Of a stretch of 64,000 nucleotides of DNA, positions 25,545 to 35,060 are shown one piece after another (the first letter of the stretch is position 1; each line of letters opens with the position of its first letter). A program made the translations under genes and the position numbers. The stretch spans positions 244,893 to 308,892 of the forward strand of contig OZ242009.1 in NCBI GenBank assembly GCA_965204715.1. Reading direction: 5' to 3'. The DNA comes from Dehalococcoidia bacterium (lineage in GTDB: Bacteria > Chloroflexota > Dehalococcoidia > Lucifugimonadales > UBA3495). The notes beneath the pieces were generated by a model that was not told the DNA's origin, did no database searches, and saw only the letters and a program-made list of their open reading frames with translations.

Positions 25545-26378
25545 CTAGAGGTCCACGGGACGCAGGAACGTCATGTCTCCCTTGCGCTCCAGGTAGCCCG
25601 CGCGGACGTCATGCCCGTGAGAGAAGACCAGCAGCCATCCATCTTTCTCCGCACGACCCGATATTTCGCGCTTCTGCTCCAGGGTCACCTCCGGCGACCG
25701 GTCGAAGGCGGAGATTACCGGCAGATTCAGGTGGTGCGGCGTGGGCACGATGTCCCCCAAGAAGACTACCCGCTCGCCGCCGTGATTGAACATTACCATC
25801 TGGTGTCCCTTGGCATGTCCATCGGTAACGGCGACGTTCAGGCCCGGGAGAATTTCGGCGTCCCCGTTCAGCATCGTCAGTTGGCCGCGTTCCTGGATCG
25901 GCGCGAAGTTGTCGACACGGTGGCCGACGTGGCACCTCTCGTTGGGATTACATGCCTCGTCCCAGCAAGTCTCCTGCACGTAATACTGGGCCTTGGGGAA
26001 GGTCGGGGCCAGATTGCCGGCACGGTCCAGGCGGGTACAGCCACCGCTGTGGTCGAAATGAAGATGAGTGAGAATTACTGCATGTATGTCCTTGGGACCC
26101 AGACCCAGTCCCTTAAGCCCCTTCAGGAGCCTGCTGGGGACCAGGCCCAATTGCTCCCTGTCCTCGATAGCCGCTTCCTTGGAACCTACGCCGGTATCTA
26201 CCAGAATGTTCTGCCCGCATACCTGGAGCAGCAGGCAGTTCAAGCCCAGAGTCATCCGGTTCTTCCGGTCGGTGACCACTGAGCCTTCCCAGGCAACCTT
26301 GGGCACCTGCCCGAACATTGAACCTGCGTCCAGCTTAATCACACCATCGCTTATCACCTTTACAGCTGTCGACATCAT
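25545..26378 (-). CDS. MBL-fold metallo-hydrolase
   Basis: ILTHLHFDHSGG (HxHxDH motif). The likely start is ATG 26378 (MMSTAVKVISDG). Confidence 0.75.
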   Translation of the reverse strand: MMSTAVKVISDGVIKLDAGSMFGQVPKVAWEGSVVTDRKNRMTLGLNCLLLQVCGQNILVDTGVGSKEAAIEDREQLGLVPSRLLKGLKGLGLGPKDIHAVILTHLHFDHSGGCTRLDRAGNLAPTFPKAQYYVQETCWDEACNPNERCHVGHRVDNFAPIQERGQLTMLNGDAEILPGLNVAVTDGHAKGHQMVMFNHGGERVVFLGDIVPTPHHLNLPVISAFDRSPEVTLEQKREISGRAEKDGWLLVFSHGHDVRAGYLERKGDMTFLRPVDL

Positions 26379-26807
26379 CTTAAACACCCAAACCCTTCTG
26401 CGAATTTTAGCTTGTCCCTCGCCTTCCTCGAAGCTGCTTCCGTCAAGGGCCCGGTTAAGATGGATGACGATAACAGGGTTGCCGCCGACAATCTTGGAAA
26501 GAAGACAGGCCCATGCCAGGAACGTAGCCTCGAAGCTCATCGCGGGCGGGGTTGGAGCCGGTTGGGACTCATTGGTCCCGGTATATATGTCTCTCGACCA
26601 CCTCCTTTCTTCCCGTCTCTAAAAACACTGGGGTTGCACTCCCCCACTCCAACCCAACTGGGTATTAAGGATACGGGGTCGAAACTGGTGGCTGTCAAGA
26701 CTTTTTTACAGCAATTTTATACTAATTTCAAAATTAGACCAAATAATTGGATGTCAGACCGGCAGTGTTCCGTTTTAGGTGGTGTGGTCAACCGGCGGCG
26801 GCCGGAG

Positions 26808-26829
26808 CATTCCAGACCCCGCGGGAATG
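26808..26829. repeat. degenerate copy of the palindromic element (CATTCC-agaccccgcg-GGAATG)
   Basis: Shares the outer arms and the gcgggaat half with the 20-nt palindrome. Followed by a second hairpin, gggcggt-aataag-accgccc. Confidence 0.4.
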
Positions 26830-26884
26830 AGGGCCGGGCGGTAATAAGACCGCCCAAATCGCAACACTGAGCGCGTCGCCCGGG

Positions 26885-28585
26885 TTACCCCTGCTGCGAC
26901 TGCTCGATCCTGGCCCAGCTATCGCGCAAGGGGACTGTGCGGTTGAATACCAGTCTTTCGGGGGCGGAGTCCATCGTATCGACGCAGAAGTAGCCCTGTC
27001 TCTCGAACTGGTAGCGGCTTCCCGGCACGGCCCCGGCAAGGCTGGGCTCGACTTTGCACCCGGTCAGGACCTCCAGCGAGCCGGGGTTCAGGTCGGCCTT
27101 GAAGTCCCTGCCGTTTTCCTCGCTGCCCGGCGCCGGTGAGTTGAAGAGAGTTTCGTAGAGGCGGACCTCAGCATCCACGGCGTGTGCCGCCGAGACCCAG
27201 TGCAACGTGGCGCGCACTCTGCGTCCGTCGGGTGAGGAACCACCCCGGGACTCAGGGTCATAGGTGCAATGCAGTTCGACCACTTCCCCGGTCGACTCGT
27301 CCTTCACCACGTCAACGCAGGTGATGTAGCAGGCGTAGCGCAATCGCACCTCGCGGCCCGGGGCCAGGCGGAAGAACCGTCGCGGCGGGTCCTCCCGGAA
27401 ATCGTCCTTCTCGATGTAAATGACCCTGGAAAAAGGCACCCTGCGAGAACCCATTGCAGGGTCCTCCGGGTTGTTGATGGCGTCGAACTCCTCTTCCTCG
27501 CCTTCCGGATAGTTGTCGATGACAACCTTAAGGGGATTCAGGACAGCCATGACTCTGGGCGCTCTGAAATTCAGGTCTTCCCGGACGCAGTTTTCCAGTT
27601 GCCCCAGGTCCACCAGGGCGTTGCGCTTGACGATGCCGGTCCCATCGACGAACTTGCGGATGGCCTCGGGCGTGTAACCACGCCGGCGCATGGCCGACAG
27701 AGTGGGCATACGCGGGTCGTCCCAGCCGGAGACGTAACCCTCATTCACCAGTTGCAGCAGCCTTCGCTTGCTCACCACCGTATGGCTGACATTCAGGCGG
27801 GCGAACTCTATCTGCTGCGGGTGGTATATGTCCAGTTCGTCCAGGAACCAGTCGTAAAGCGGCCTGTGGTCCTCAAATTCCAGGGTGCAGATGGAATGGG
27901 TGATTCCCTCGATGGAGTCGGACTGGCCGTGAGCGAAATCGTAGGTCGGATAGATGCACCATTTGTCCCCGGTGCGGTGGTGCGATTCGTGGAGTATCCG
28001 GTACAGCACCGGGTCGCGCATGTTCAGGTTGGGCGAAGCCATGTCGATCTTGGCCCGCAGCACCCGCGCGCCGTCCTCGAACTCGCCCGCCTTCATCCGC
28101 TCGAACAGGTCCAGGTTCTCCTCCACCGAGCGGCCCCGGTATGGGCTGTTCCGCCCCGGCTCGGTCAGAGTGCCCCGGTACTCCCTCATCTCCTGTGCTG
28201 GCAGGTCGCAGACGTAGGCTTTGCCCTTGCGGACCAGCGCGACCGCGAAGTCGTACAGCTGGTCAAAGTAATCGGAGGCGAAGTAAAGGTGTTCCCCCCA
28301 GTCCCAACCCAGCCAGCGGATATCCTCCATGATGGACTCGACGTACTCGGTGTCCTCCCGGCTGGGGTTGGTATCGTCGAAGCGCAGGTGACACCTGCCG
28401 CCCTCATACTCAGCCGCGATGCCGAAGTCTACCGCGATTGCCTTGGCATGGCCGATGTGCAGGTAGCCGTTGGGTTCGGGAGGAAAGCGGGTCACTATCC
28501 GACCGCCGAACCGGTTACTGGCCATGTGGCCGGCAATGATCTCATGTATGAAGTCAGAGGGGCCGGAGGATTCTTCGGAGGTCAT
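26885..28585 (-). CDS. glnS: glutamine--tRNA ligase
   Basis: [24 protein letters not shown]...RFDDTNP, with full-length GlnRS-like collinearity. Confidence 0.9.
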   Translation of the reverse strand: MTSEESSGPSDFIHEIIAGHMASNRFGGRIVTRFPPEPNGYLHIGHAKAIAVDFGIAAEYEGGRCHLRFDDTNPSREDTEYVESIMEDIRWLGWDWGEHLYFASDYFDQLYDFAVALVRKGKAYVCDLPAQEMREYRGTLTEPGRNSPYRGRSVEENLDLFERMKAGEFEDGARVLRAKIDMASPNLNMRDPVLYRILHESHHRTGDKWCIYPTYDFAHGQSDSIEGITHSICTLEFEDHRPLYDWFLDELDIYHPQQIEFARLNVSHTVVSKRRLLQLVNEGYVSGWDDPRMPTLSAMRRRGYTPEAIRKFVDGTGIVKRNALVDLGQLENCVREDLNFRAPRVMAVLNPLKVVIDNYPEGEEEEFDAINNPEDPAMGSRRVPFSRVIYIEKDDFREDPPRRFFRLAPGREVRLRYACYITCVDVVKDESTGEVVELHCTYDPESRGGSSPDGRRVRATLHWVSAAHAVDAEVRLYETLFNSPAPGSEENGRDFKADLNPGSLEVLTGCKVEPSLAGAVPGSRYQFERQGYFCVDTMDSAPERLVFNRTVPLRDSWARIEQSQQG

Positions 28586-28646
28586 TTTCCTTAACCTTCA
28601 GCGATGGTAGTGGGGATGTTGCAGGTAGTTCAAACCTGCCGGCGGG

Positions 28647-30116
28647 TTAGGTCAACTGGTTGATCACTGCGCAGGCACGGTCAAGACGCCGCAGAACCCG
28701 GTCCCTGCCCAAGACTTCCATCGTCTCGAACAGCGGCGGAGTGGCGGTGCGCCCCGTCACGGCCACGCGCAGGGAGCCGAAGAACTGCCGCGGCCCGAGA
28801 CCAAGCTCCTGTCCTGCCTCCCGGAGGGTCTGCTCCAGGCGCTCATGCTCGAAGCCGGGGCTTTCTCTCAGGTGTTCCAGGGCAGCCTGTAAAGCAGGTT
28901 TGGTCGATGCCGCGTCCATACCCCGTTGCACCAGCATGGCCGGGTCGTACTCCGGCAAGTCCTCAAAGAAGTATTGGGTCATACCAGCCGCGTCGGACAG
29001 GAGCTTGATTCGCTCCTGAATCAGCGGAGCGATGCCGGCCAGATAGTCCCGGTCCACCGGCAGTAGCTCCGGCGGCAGGTCCCGCTCCAGGAACGGCATC
29101 AGCCGGTCGGCGAGTTCCTCCGCGCTCAGGTCTCGGATGTAGACGCCGTTCATCCAGGTCAGCTTCTCACGGTCGAAGATAGCCGACGACTTGGTGACAC
29201 CCTCCAGGGAAAACTCGCGGATGATGGCATCGGTGGACATGACCTCGGTCTTGTCGTCCAGCGCCCAACCCAGCAGCACCATGAAATTCAGCAGCGCCTC
29301 CGGCAGGTAGCCCTCCTCCCGGTAGTCCAACAGCGCGGTGGCTCCGTGACGCTTGGAGAGCTTGGCGCGGTCGGGACCCATGATGATCGGCAGATGTCCA
29401 AATTTCGGCGGCTCGAAATCAAGGGCCTGGTAAAGCTGCAAGTGGCGCGGCGTGCTGGGCAGCCACTCCTCGGCCCGCAGCACGTGGCTGATCTCCATCA
29501 GGTGGTCATCGGTGACCACGCCGAGATGGTAGGTCGGGAAGCCATCGGACTTCAGGATAACGAAGTCGTCCAGCAGTTCATTGCGCCATTCGACGTGGCC
29601 GCGAATCAGGTCCTCAACCTCGGTGACCCCGGACGTAGGCATGGCGAACCGGATGACCGACGGCGCGCCCTCCGCTTCCAGGTCCCGGCGTTCCCGGTCG
29701 GAGAGATGGAGGCAGCGGCGGTCGTACCCGGACCCCTGCCTGCTGCGCTGCTGCTCCCTGCGCATCTCGTCCAGGCGTTCCCGGGTGCAGTAGCAAGGAT
29801 AGGCGGCCCCGCGCTCCACCAGCTTGTTCGCCAGCTCCTTGTAGATGTCCAACCTTTGAGACTGGACGTAAGGGGCGTGGGGGCCGTCGACGCGGGGGCC
29901 TTCTTCCCAGTCGATTTTCAGCCAGTCCAGGCTTTCCAGCACCGCTTCCAGCGCGCCGGGAACGAGCCGCTCCTGGTCGGTGTCCTCGACCCGGACCACG
30001 AACTGGCCGCCGTGCCGGCGGGCGAAGAGCCAGTTGAACAGCGCGGTGCGGATGTTGCCGATATGCGGCTCACCTGTGGGGCTGGGAGCGAACCTGACAC
30101 GGACGTTTTCCGCCAT
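28647..30116 (-). CDS. gltX: glutamate--tRNA ligase
   Basis: RVRFAPSPTGEPHIGNIRTALFNWLFARRHGGQFVVRVEDTDQER and KLSKRHG. Confidence 0.9.
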   Translation of the reverse strand: MAENVRVRFAPSPTGEPHIGNIRTALFNWLFARRHGGQFVVRVEDTDQERLVPGALEAVLESLDWLKIDWEEGPRVDGPHAPYVQSQRLDIYKELANKLVERGAAYPCYCTRERLDEMRREQQRSRQGSGYDRRCLHLSDRERRDLEAEGAPSVIRFAMPTSGVTEVEDLIRGHVEWRNELLDDFVILKSDGFPTYHLGVVTDDHLMEISHVLRAEEWLPSTPRHLQLYQALDFEPPKFGHLPIIMGPDRAKLSKRHGATALLDYREEGYLPEALLNFMVLLGWALDDKTEVMSTDAIIREFSLEGVTKSSAIFDREKLTWMNGVYIRDLSAEELADRLMPFLERDLPPELLPVDRDYLAGIAPLIQERIKLLSDAAGMTQYFFEDLPEYDPAMLVQRGMDAASTKPALQAALEHLRESPGFEHERLEQTLREAGQELGLGPRQFFGSLRVAVTGRTATPPLFETMEVLGRDRVLRRLDRACAVINQLT

Positions 30117-30167
30117 GTCTCTGCCTCCTTATGACAACGAAACCATTGTACCACGAAGGCAATAAGG

Positions 30168-31196
30168 CTATCCCGGCGTCTGTGCGCCGAGATACTCCAA
30201 GACCGCTGCCAGGTCAGTAGGAAGCACTGAATGGAAGTCCATCCACTCGCCGCTGTTTGGATGCTCGAAACCAAGGTGATGCGCGTGTAGGAACTGGCGG
30301 GCAAGCAGAGGGCTGGCGCGGCCATAGGTATCGTCACCCAGCAGCGGGTGGCCCAGGTAAGCCAGGTGGACCCGGATCTGGTGGGTGCGCCCCGTCTCCA
30401 GAAGCAGATCAAGCAGCGTGTGGCCGGACGGGTTCTCCCTGGGGACAGGTCCTGCCCGCCGCGCAAGTTGCACTTCCCCTGCCGGTATGGCGGTATGGGG
30501 CGGTATTGCCAGTAACGTTCGATAGCGGGTGCGGGCATCCCGCCCCCCGGCGGCCACCGCCATGCGCTTCCGGTTGCGGATGTCCCTGGCAATGGGCGCG
30601 TCTATCAGCCCCTCTGCCGGGGCCACTTGCCCCGTTGCCAGGGCAAGGTAGCCCTTGGCCACGCGGCGGGACTTCAACTGTCCGGAAAGGGACTGGTGGG
30701 CGGCGTGGGTCTTGGCGACGGCCATCAAGCCCGACGTATCCTTGTCCAGCCGGTGGACTATGCCGGGGCGGATGTCTCCGCCGATGCCCTGGATGTCCGG
30801 GCACAGGGCGAGCAGCCCGTTGACCAGTGTGCCGTCGGGATGGCCCGGCCCCGGATGCACCGGCAGCCCGGCGGGCTTGTCCACCACCGCCACATTTTCA
30901 TCCTCGTAGACCAGGTTCAGGGGAATCTGCTGCGGCGTCAGGTCCGTGGGGCGCGGCGGCGGCACGGTCAGAAGGACCCGGTCCCCGGTCCTCACCTTTT
31001 GCGAAGCCCGGGCCGGAGAACCGTTCAGACTCACGTATCCCTCACCTATCAGCTTCTGCAACCGGGCGCGGGTGAGGTCTGACCGTTTCTGGGCCAGGTA
31101 TACGTCGAGCCGCACCTGGCCAACGTCTACCCTATACTCTCTGGTTGCCGGTGTCGCCACTTCCAGTCCTCGCTCAAGCCTTGCCCCATCGGTCAT
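30168..31196 (-). CDS. rluD: RluA/RluD-family 23S rRNA pseudouridine synthase (S4 domain + catalytic domain)
   Basis: S4-like RLDVYLAQKRSDLTRARLQKLI and the catalytic HRLDKDTSGLM motif. The ATG overlaps the lspA stop (ATGA). Confidence 0.85.
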   Translation of the reverse strand: MTDGARLERGLEVATPATREYRVDVGQVRLDVYLAQKRSDLTRARLQKLIGEGYVSLNGSPARASQKVRTGDRVLLTVPPPRPTDLTPQQIPLNLVYEDENVAVVDKPAGLPVHPGPGHPDGTLVNGLLALCPDIQGIGGDIRPGIVHRLDKDTSGLMAVAKTHAAHQSLSGQLKSRRVAKGYLALATGQVAPAEGLIDAPIARDIRNRKRMAVAAGGRDARTRYRTLLAIPPHTAIPAGEVQLARRAGPVPRENPSGHTLLDLLLETGRTHQIRVHLAYLGHPLLGDDTYGRASPLLARQFLHAHHLGFEHPNSGEWMDFHSVLPTDLAAVLEYLGAQTPG

Positions 31197-31891
31197 TCCC
31201 GCGAAAGCGGGGGTCCGCCGTCGTCAGTTGCCTGGGCCAGAAGCGCTACACCGCATGAAGCGCATCGCCTGCCCCGGGACACAGCGTCCAGCTTCCCGCC
31301 GCAGACGGGGCAGACTGTCACGCTCACCGAGAGACCATCGGGCGGGACTGTCAGGCGCGCGGTATTCGACTCAGCGTCGGGGGTATGGCGGGCGGTCTTG
31401 CTTCCCGGCCCCAGGAAAATCCAGCCTAGAATCGCCAACCCGACCACTATGGAGGAATCGGCGATGTTGAATACCGGCCACGGTCCCACGTCCAGGAAAT
31501 CGGTTACGTGACCCAGGCGTACCCGGTCGACAAGGTTGCCGAATGCCCCGCCGATTTGCAGGGCGATGCTGGTCCGCAGCAGGTTGGTGCGCTGCCTCTG
31601 GCTGTAGTAGACCAGCACCAGGACGCCGATCCCGAAGATGGCCACCAGTATCAGGGGGAAGTTGTGGCCCTGAAACAGCCCGAATGCGCTGCCGGTGTTG
31701 TGGATGTGGGTCAGTCGGAAGAACCCTTCAGCCGGGAAGGAGTCCCGGAAGGGCAGAAAAGCCCGGACCAGGAACTTGGTGAACTGGTCGCACAGGAACA
31801 CCAGCGCAGCCAGTTGGAGGAGAATGAAGTCGGTGTATATCCCCGATGGACCTGAAGCCTTCGGGCCTGGAGCATCCCCAACACGGTCCAT
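31193..31891 (-). CDS. lspA: lipoprotein signal peptidase II with C-terminal zinc-ribbon extension
   Basis: Core motifs NTGSAFG and FNIADSSI. An extra ~60-aa tail contains CPVCGGKLDAVSRGRRCASCG. Confidence 0.8.
   Translation of the reverse strand: MDRVGDAPGPKASGPSGIYTDFILLQLAALVFLCDQFTKFLVRAFLPFRDSFPAEGFFRLTHIHNTGSAFGLFQGHNFPLILVAIFGIGVLVLVYYSQRQRTNLLRTSIALQIGGAFGNLVDRVRLGHVTDFLDVGPWPVFNIADSSIVVGLAILGWIFLGPGSKTARHTPDAESNTARLTVPPDGLSVSVTVCPVCGGKLDAVSRGRRCASCGVALLAQATDDGGPPLSRE
31195..31213. repeat. palindromic element copy 2 (ATTCCCGC-GAAA-GCGGGGG), at the lspA 3' end / rluD start
   Basis: Imperfect copy. It encodes the last residues of LspA (..PPLSRE) and abuts the rluD ATG. Confidence 0.65.
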
Positions 31892-31897
31892 AAGTTG

Positions 31898-32539
31898 TTA
31901 CTTTAGAGCTTCCAGGAAGTACGCGCCCACACGGGAGGCTAACTCTCCCTCATGGCCGCCCCAGAAGTGGTCCGCTCCGGGCACGATGTGGCATTCGGGC
32001 CGCTTGGAAAAAGTATCCAGCGCGGCTGTCAGTTCCGCTGACCCGACGAGCTTGTCGCGGTCGCCCGAGATAAAGAAGGCGGAGCGTTTGCCTTTCCTCA
32101 ACGGTGTGCTTTCCAGGGCGCGCAGGGGTGGAGAGATCAGGGCCAGCGCCTTCGACTTCTTGTGCAGTTTCTCACTGCCCATAACTACGGAGGAACCGAA
32201 GGAGTAACCGGCCAGCCCGATCTTGCGGCCATCGACTCCGGGCCATGCTTTCATCAGGTCTATCGCCGCCAGGGTTTCCTGGTGTTCCAGTTCTCCCTTG
32301 GCGTGCTCCCCCTGGCTGTTGCCAACGCCCCGGAAATTGAACCGGATCACGGCCATTCCCTGCTCCGCCAGCGCGAACGCGATGTTGAGGACGACACTGT
32401 TGTCCATGTTGCCGCCGAACAACGGGTGCGGATGGCAAATCACAACCGCCGGAAACGGCCCGGCGATACCATCCGGCTGGGCAATCACTCCCTCGATATT
32501 CAGGCCCTCGGCTTCAAAGGAAACTGCGGTCTGGCGCAC
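31898..32539 (-). CDS. alpha/beta hydrolase-fold protein
   Basis: PAVVICHPHPLFGGNMDNSVV and GYSFGS (nucleophile elbow). Confidence 0.65.
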   Translation of the reverse strand: MRQTAVSFEAEGLNIEGVIAQPDGIAGPFPAVVICHPHPLFGGNMDNSVVLNIAFALAEQGMAVIRFNFRGVGNSQGEHAKGELEHQETLAAIDLMKAWPGVDGRKIGLAGYSFGSSVVMGSEKLHKKSKALALISPPLRALESTPLRKGKRSAFFISGDRDKLVGSAELTAALDTFSKRPECHIVPGADHFWGGHEGELASRVGAYFLEALK

Positions 32540-32722
32540 GTCGCTCGGCCTCCTGTAATGTCATTCCATCTTAGGAGAGGCAACCCCCCTTTGGCAACCT
32601 GGACTACCATGGCTACGAAATCCTGCCCGGAATGATGTTCATAGAGCGCAATTGTTCCTGCTCAGCCGCCTATGTTAGTGTTAGACGATGTACCAGCCCA
32701 TCTGCGCACCGGAGATTTCCAC

Positions 32723-33496
32723 ATGAGGTTAACCAGAATAATCACCGGAGTCATGATCGTTTCCGTCGCGCTGGTCCTGATTAGCGCACTGCTCAATTCA
32801 GTAGACGTAGTTGCGATAACCAGCGCCGTAGTCGGTAAGCAGAGTAACGGGTGGTCCGGTTCACTGGCGATACTGTTGGCCATAGCGGCGCTGGCCGTAT
32901 TCGTCTACGCCTCCCGGCGGTTAATTTGGAACTGGATAATTCGAGGCGCTTTGTTGGCATTAGGGGGAATAATTTTCGTCATTGCGCTTGTCGGAATGGC
33001 GGACAACTTCGTAATGAAATTGGGGGATGGACGTGACTTCACGTGGTCTCAGGGAAGTCCATTGGGACCAGGGGAAGCATACAGGGTAGTCCACGACACA
33101 TTCGCTGTAGTCGATGTTGACTTCATGCTGGTTATGATGCTGGTTGGGAGCATCGGAATTGCCGCTGCTGCCCTTTGGGGAGCGCTCAAGTGGGAGTCGG
33201 CCAAGACCCAGGAGATCAAGGACGAGGAGCTTCGGAGCATCCCCGATGAAGCTCTAGCGAGACTGCTGGAAGATGAATTGGGCCGTCCTCCCGGCTGGAC
33301 GCAGACTGCGGCCGGCGCTTCCGGCCAAAACGCGCCCCCGGTCCAGCCACCGCAGGCCCCAACTCCTCCGGGACCATCCAATCAGTCACCCGCCCCCACG
33401 CCGCAAGCCGGCGGACGCAGGCGCCATTGTCCGCGGTGTTGGACTGAACTGGAGCCGGGCGCGCAGTCCTGCGCCGCCTGCGGGGCGGGCCGGTGA
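32723..33496 (+). CDS. membrane protein with Pro-rich linker and C-terminal zinc ribbon (hypothetical)
   Basis: ATG 32723. Four or five hydrophobic helices, then a PPVQPPQAPTPPGP linker, then CPRCWTELEPGAQSCAACG. Confidence 0.5.
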   Translation: MRLTRIITGVMIVSVALVLISALLNSVDVVAITSAVVGKQSNGWSGSLAILLAIAALAVFVYASRRLIWNWIIRGALLALGGIIFVIALVGMADNFVMKLGDGRDFTWSQGSPLGPGEAYRVVHDTFAVVDVDFMLVMMLVGSIGIAAAALWGALKWESAKTQEIKDEELRSIPDEALARLLEDELGRPPGWTQTAAGASGQNAPPVQPPQAPTPPGPSNQSPAPTPQAGGRRRHCPRCWTELEPGAQSCAACGAGR

Positions 33497-33609
33497 CTCC
33501 GCGCTTCTCTCACCCTTGGTAGTCTGACTTTGCAATTGTCCGGCCGCTTCAGGCAGTCCGCGTCCCGGCCATCCCGGTTAGCCTGGTGAATGGCCTCGCC
33601 GGTAGCCTG

Positions 33610-33638
33610 CTGACGCCCAACAGCCGGTTTGCTAGAAT
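33610..33638 (+). promoter_or_regulatory. extended -10 promoter candidate for ltaE (cTGACg-N17-TAGAAT, TGc upstream)
   Basis: TGCTAGAATGGTG at 33630-33642. The same GCTAGAATGGTG 12-mer occurs upstream of phhB on the other strand. Confidence 0.45.
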
Positions 33639-33704
33639 GGTGCAACCCCATTAGCGTAGATCCGTGCCGGACAATTATCCCACTCTCAGGAAAGGAAACC
33701 CCAG

Positions 33705-34760
33705 ATGAACGTTATCGATCTTCGCAGCGACACCGTAACCAAACCCACCGATGAAATGCGCCGCGCCATGTACGAGGCCGAGGTGGGCGACGACGTTTAC
33801 GGCGAGGACCCGTCCATCAACCGCCTCCAGGAGCGCGCCGCCGAAATGCTGGGCAAGGAGGCCGGTCTGCTTACCGCCAGCGGCACCATGAGCAACCTGG
33901 TCGCCGCCCTCACCCACTGCCAGCGTGGGGACGAGATTGTCATGGGCGACCAGGCCCACATGTTCTGGAACGAGTCGGCCGGCGCGTCGGCCCTTGCCGG
34001 GGCCCAGGTAAGGCTGGTGCCCAACGACGACCAGGGGCGCATCGACCCCGGCGACCTGGCAACCGCCATCCGTCCCAGGGGCAATGTTCACATGCCCCCG
34101 ACCACCCTGGTCTGCCTGGAAAACACCCACAACCGTTGCAGCGGCGGCGTCCTCACTCCCGAGGACACGAAGCGGGTGGCCGACATAGCCCACGCCGCCG
34201 GAGCGAAGGTCCATCTGGACGGGGCGCGCATCTTCAACGCCGCCGTATCTCTGGAGGTGCCGGCCAGCGAACTGGTGAAGGACGTTGACGACGTTTCCTT
34301 CTGCCTGTCCAAAGCCCTTAGCTGTCCCGTCGGGTCGGTGCTGTGCGGCTCCAGGGAGTTCATCGAGGACGCCCTGAAGTGGCGCAAGATGGTGGGCGGC
34401 GGTATGCGCCAGGCCGGAGTGCTGGCTGCCGCGGGCCTGGTGGCCCTGGACAGTATGGTGGAACGGCTGGCCGACGACCACGCCAACGCCCGGCGTCTGG
34501 CCCAGGGGCTGGCCAACATCAACGGCCTGAGCCTGGACCCTGACAGCATCCAGAGCAACATCGTCATCTTCGACGTGGATGAGTCCCTGGGCGCCGCCGC
34601 CGCATTCACGTCCGCGCTGGACCGGGAAGGCGTGAAAGTTTCCTCCCCAGGCCCCAAATCCATCCGCATGGTAACCCATCGCCACATCTCCAGCGAGGAC
34701 GTGGACGAAGCCCTGAACCGCGTGTCCAGGGTGTCAGGGGAGTTGTCGCGGAATGTATAG
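33705..34760 (+). CDS. ltaE: low-specificity L-threonine aldolase (PLP-dependent)
   Basis: [42 protein letters not shown]. Confidence 0.85.
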   Translation: MNVIDLRSDTVTKPTDEMRRAMYEAEVGDDVYGEDPSINRLQERAAEMLGKEAGLLTASGTMSNLVAALTHCQRGDEIVMGDQAHMFWNESAGASALAGAQVRLVPNDDQGRIDPGDLATAIRPRGNVHMPPTTLVCLENTHNRCSGGVLTPEDTKRVADIAHAAGAKVHLDGARIFNAAVSLEVPASELVKDVDDVSFCLSKALSCPVGSVLCGSREFIEDALKWRKMVGGGMRQAGVLAAAGLVALDSMVERLADDHANARRLAQGLANINGLSLDPDSIQSNIVIFDVDESLGAAAAFTSALDREGVKVSSPGPKSIRMVTHRHISSEDVDEALNRVSRVSGELSRNV

Positions 34761-34796
34761 ATCCCAGTGCGATACCGAGGCCCGAAGGAGGTTGCC

Positions 34797-35060
34797 GTGT
34801 CAGCCCAAGACAAAGACGTGGGGGCCATTGGCAGGGCCATATACAGGGACAAGATACTGAAAGGTCTGGATGAGACGGCGGACAAGGGTAAGCTCGTGGT
34901 TATAGACGTGAACAGCGGCGACTACGAGATCGCCGATGATGATCTGTCCGCCATGCTGGTTCTGAGGGGGCGGAGGCCGGATGCGTTCTTCTGGATTGAG
35001 CGTATCGGTTTTCCCGCACCCTATAGCATGGGCGGCAGCCTACGGTTTCCGCGGCGGTGA
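34797..35060 (+). CDS. small hypothetical protein, translationally coupled partner of retropepsin-like paralog 2
   Basis: GTG 34797 follows AGGAGG. 87 aa (..KLVVIDVNSGDYEIADDDL..). The stop overlaps the next start (GTGA). Confidence 0.45.
   Translation: MSAQDKDVGAIGRAIYRDKILKGLDETADKGKLVVIDVNSGDYEIADDDLSAMLVLRGRRPDAFFWIERIGFPAPYSMGGSLRFPRR

Noticed and set aside
25545-26540. Full-length 331-aa version of the MBL hydrolase ORF.
   Set aside because: The first 54 codons have no homologous character. The MBL domain begins near MMSTAVKV (ATG 26378).
26412-26870. 152-aa plus-strand ORF in the MBL/glnS spacer.
   Set aside because: It crosses an AT-rich, low-complexity segment and the translation has no motifs. 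It is more likely non-coding.
33534-33676. 11-bp inverted repeat (aattgtccggc / gccggacaatt) spanning the ltaE upstream region, as a possible riboswitch closing stem.
   Set aside because: A rough estimate gives about 2 such 11-mer inverted repeats within 150 nt by chance in 64 kb. No known riboswitch core (glycine, THF, etc.) is recognisable between the arms.
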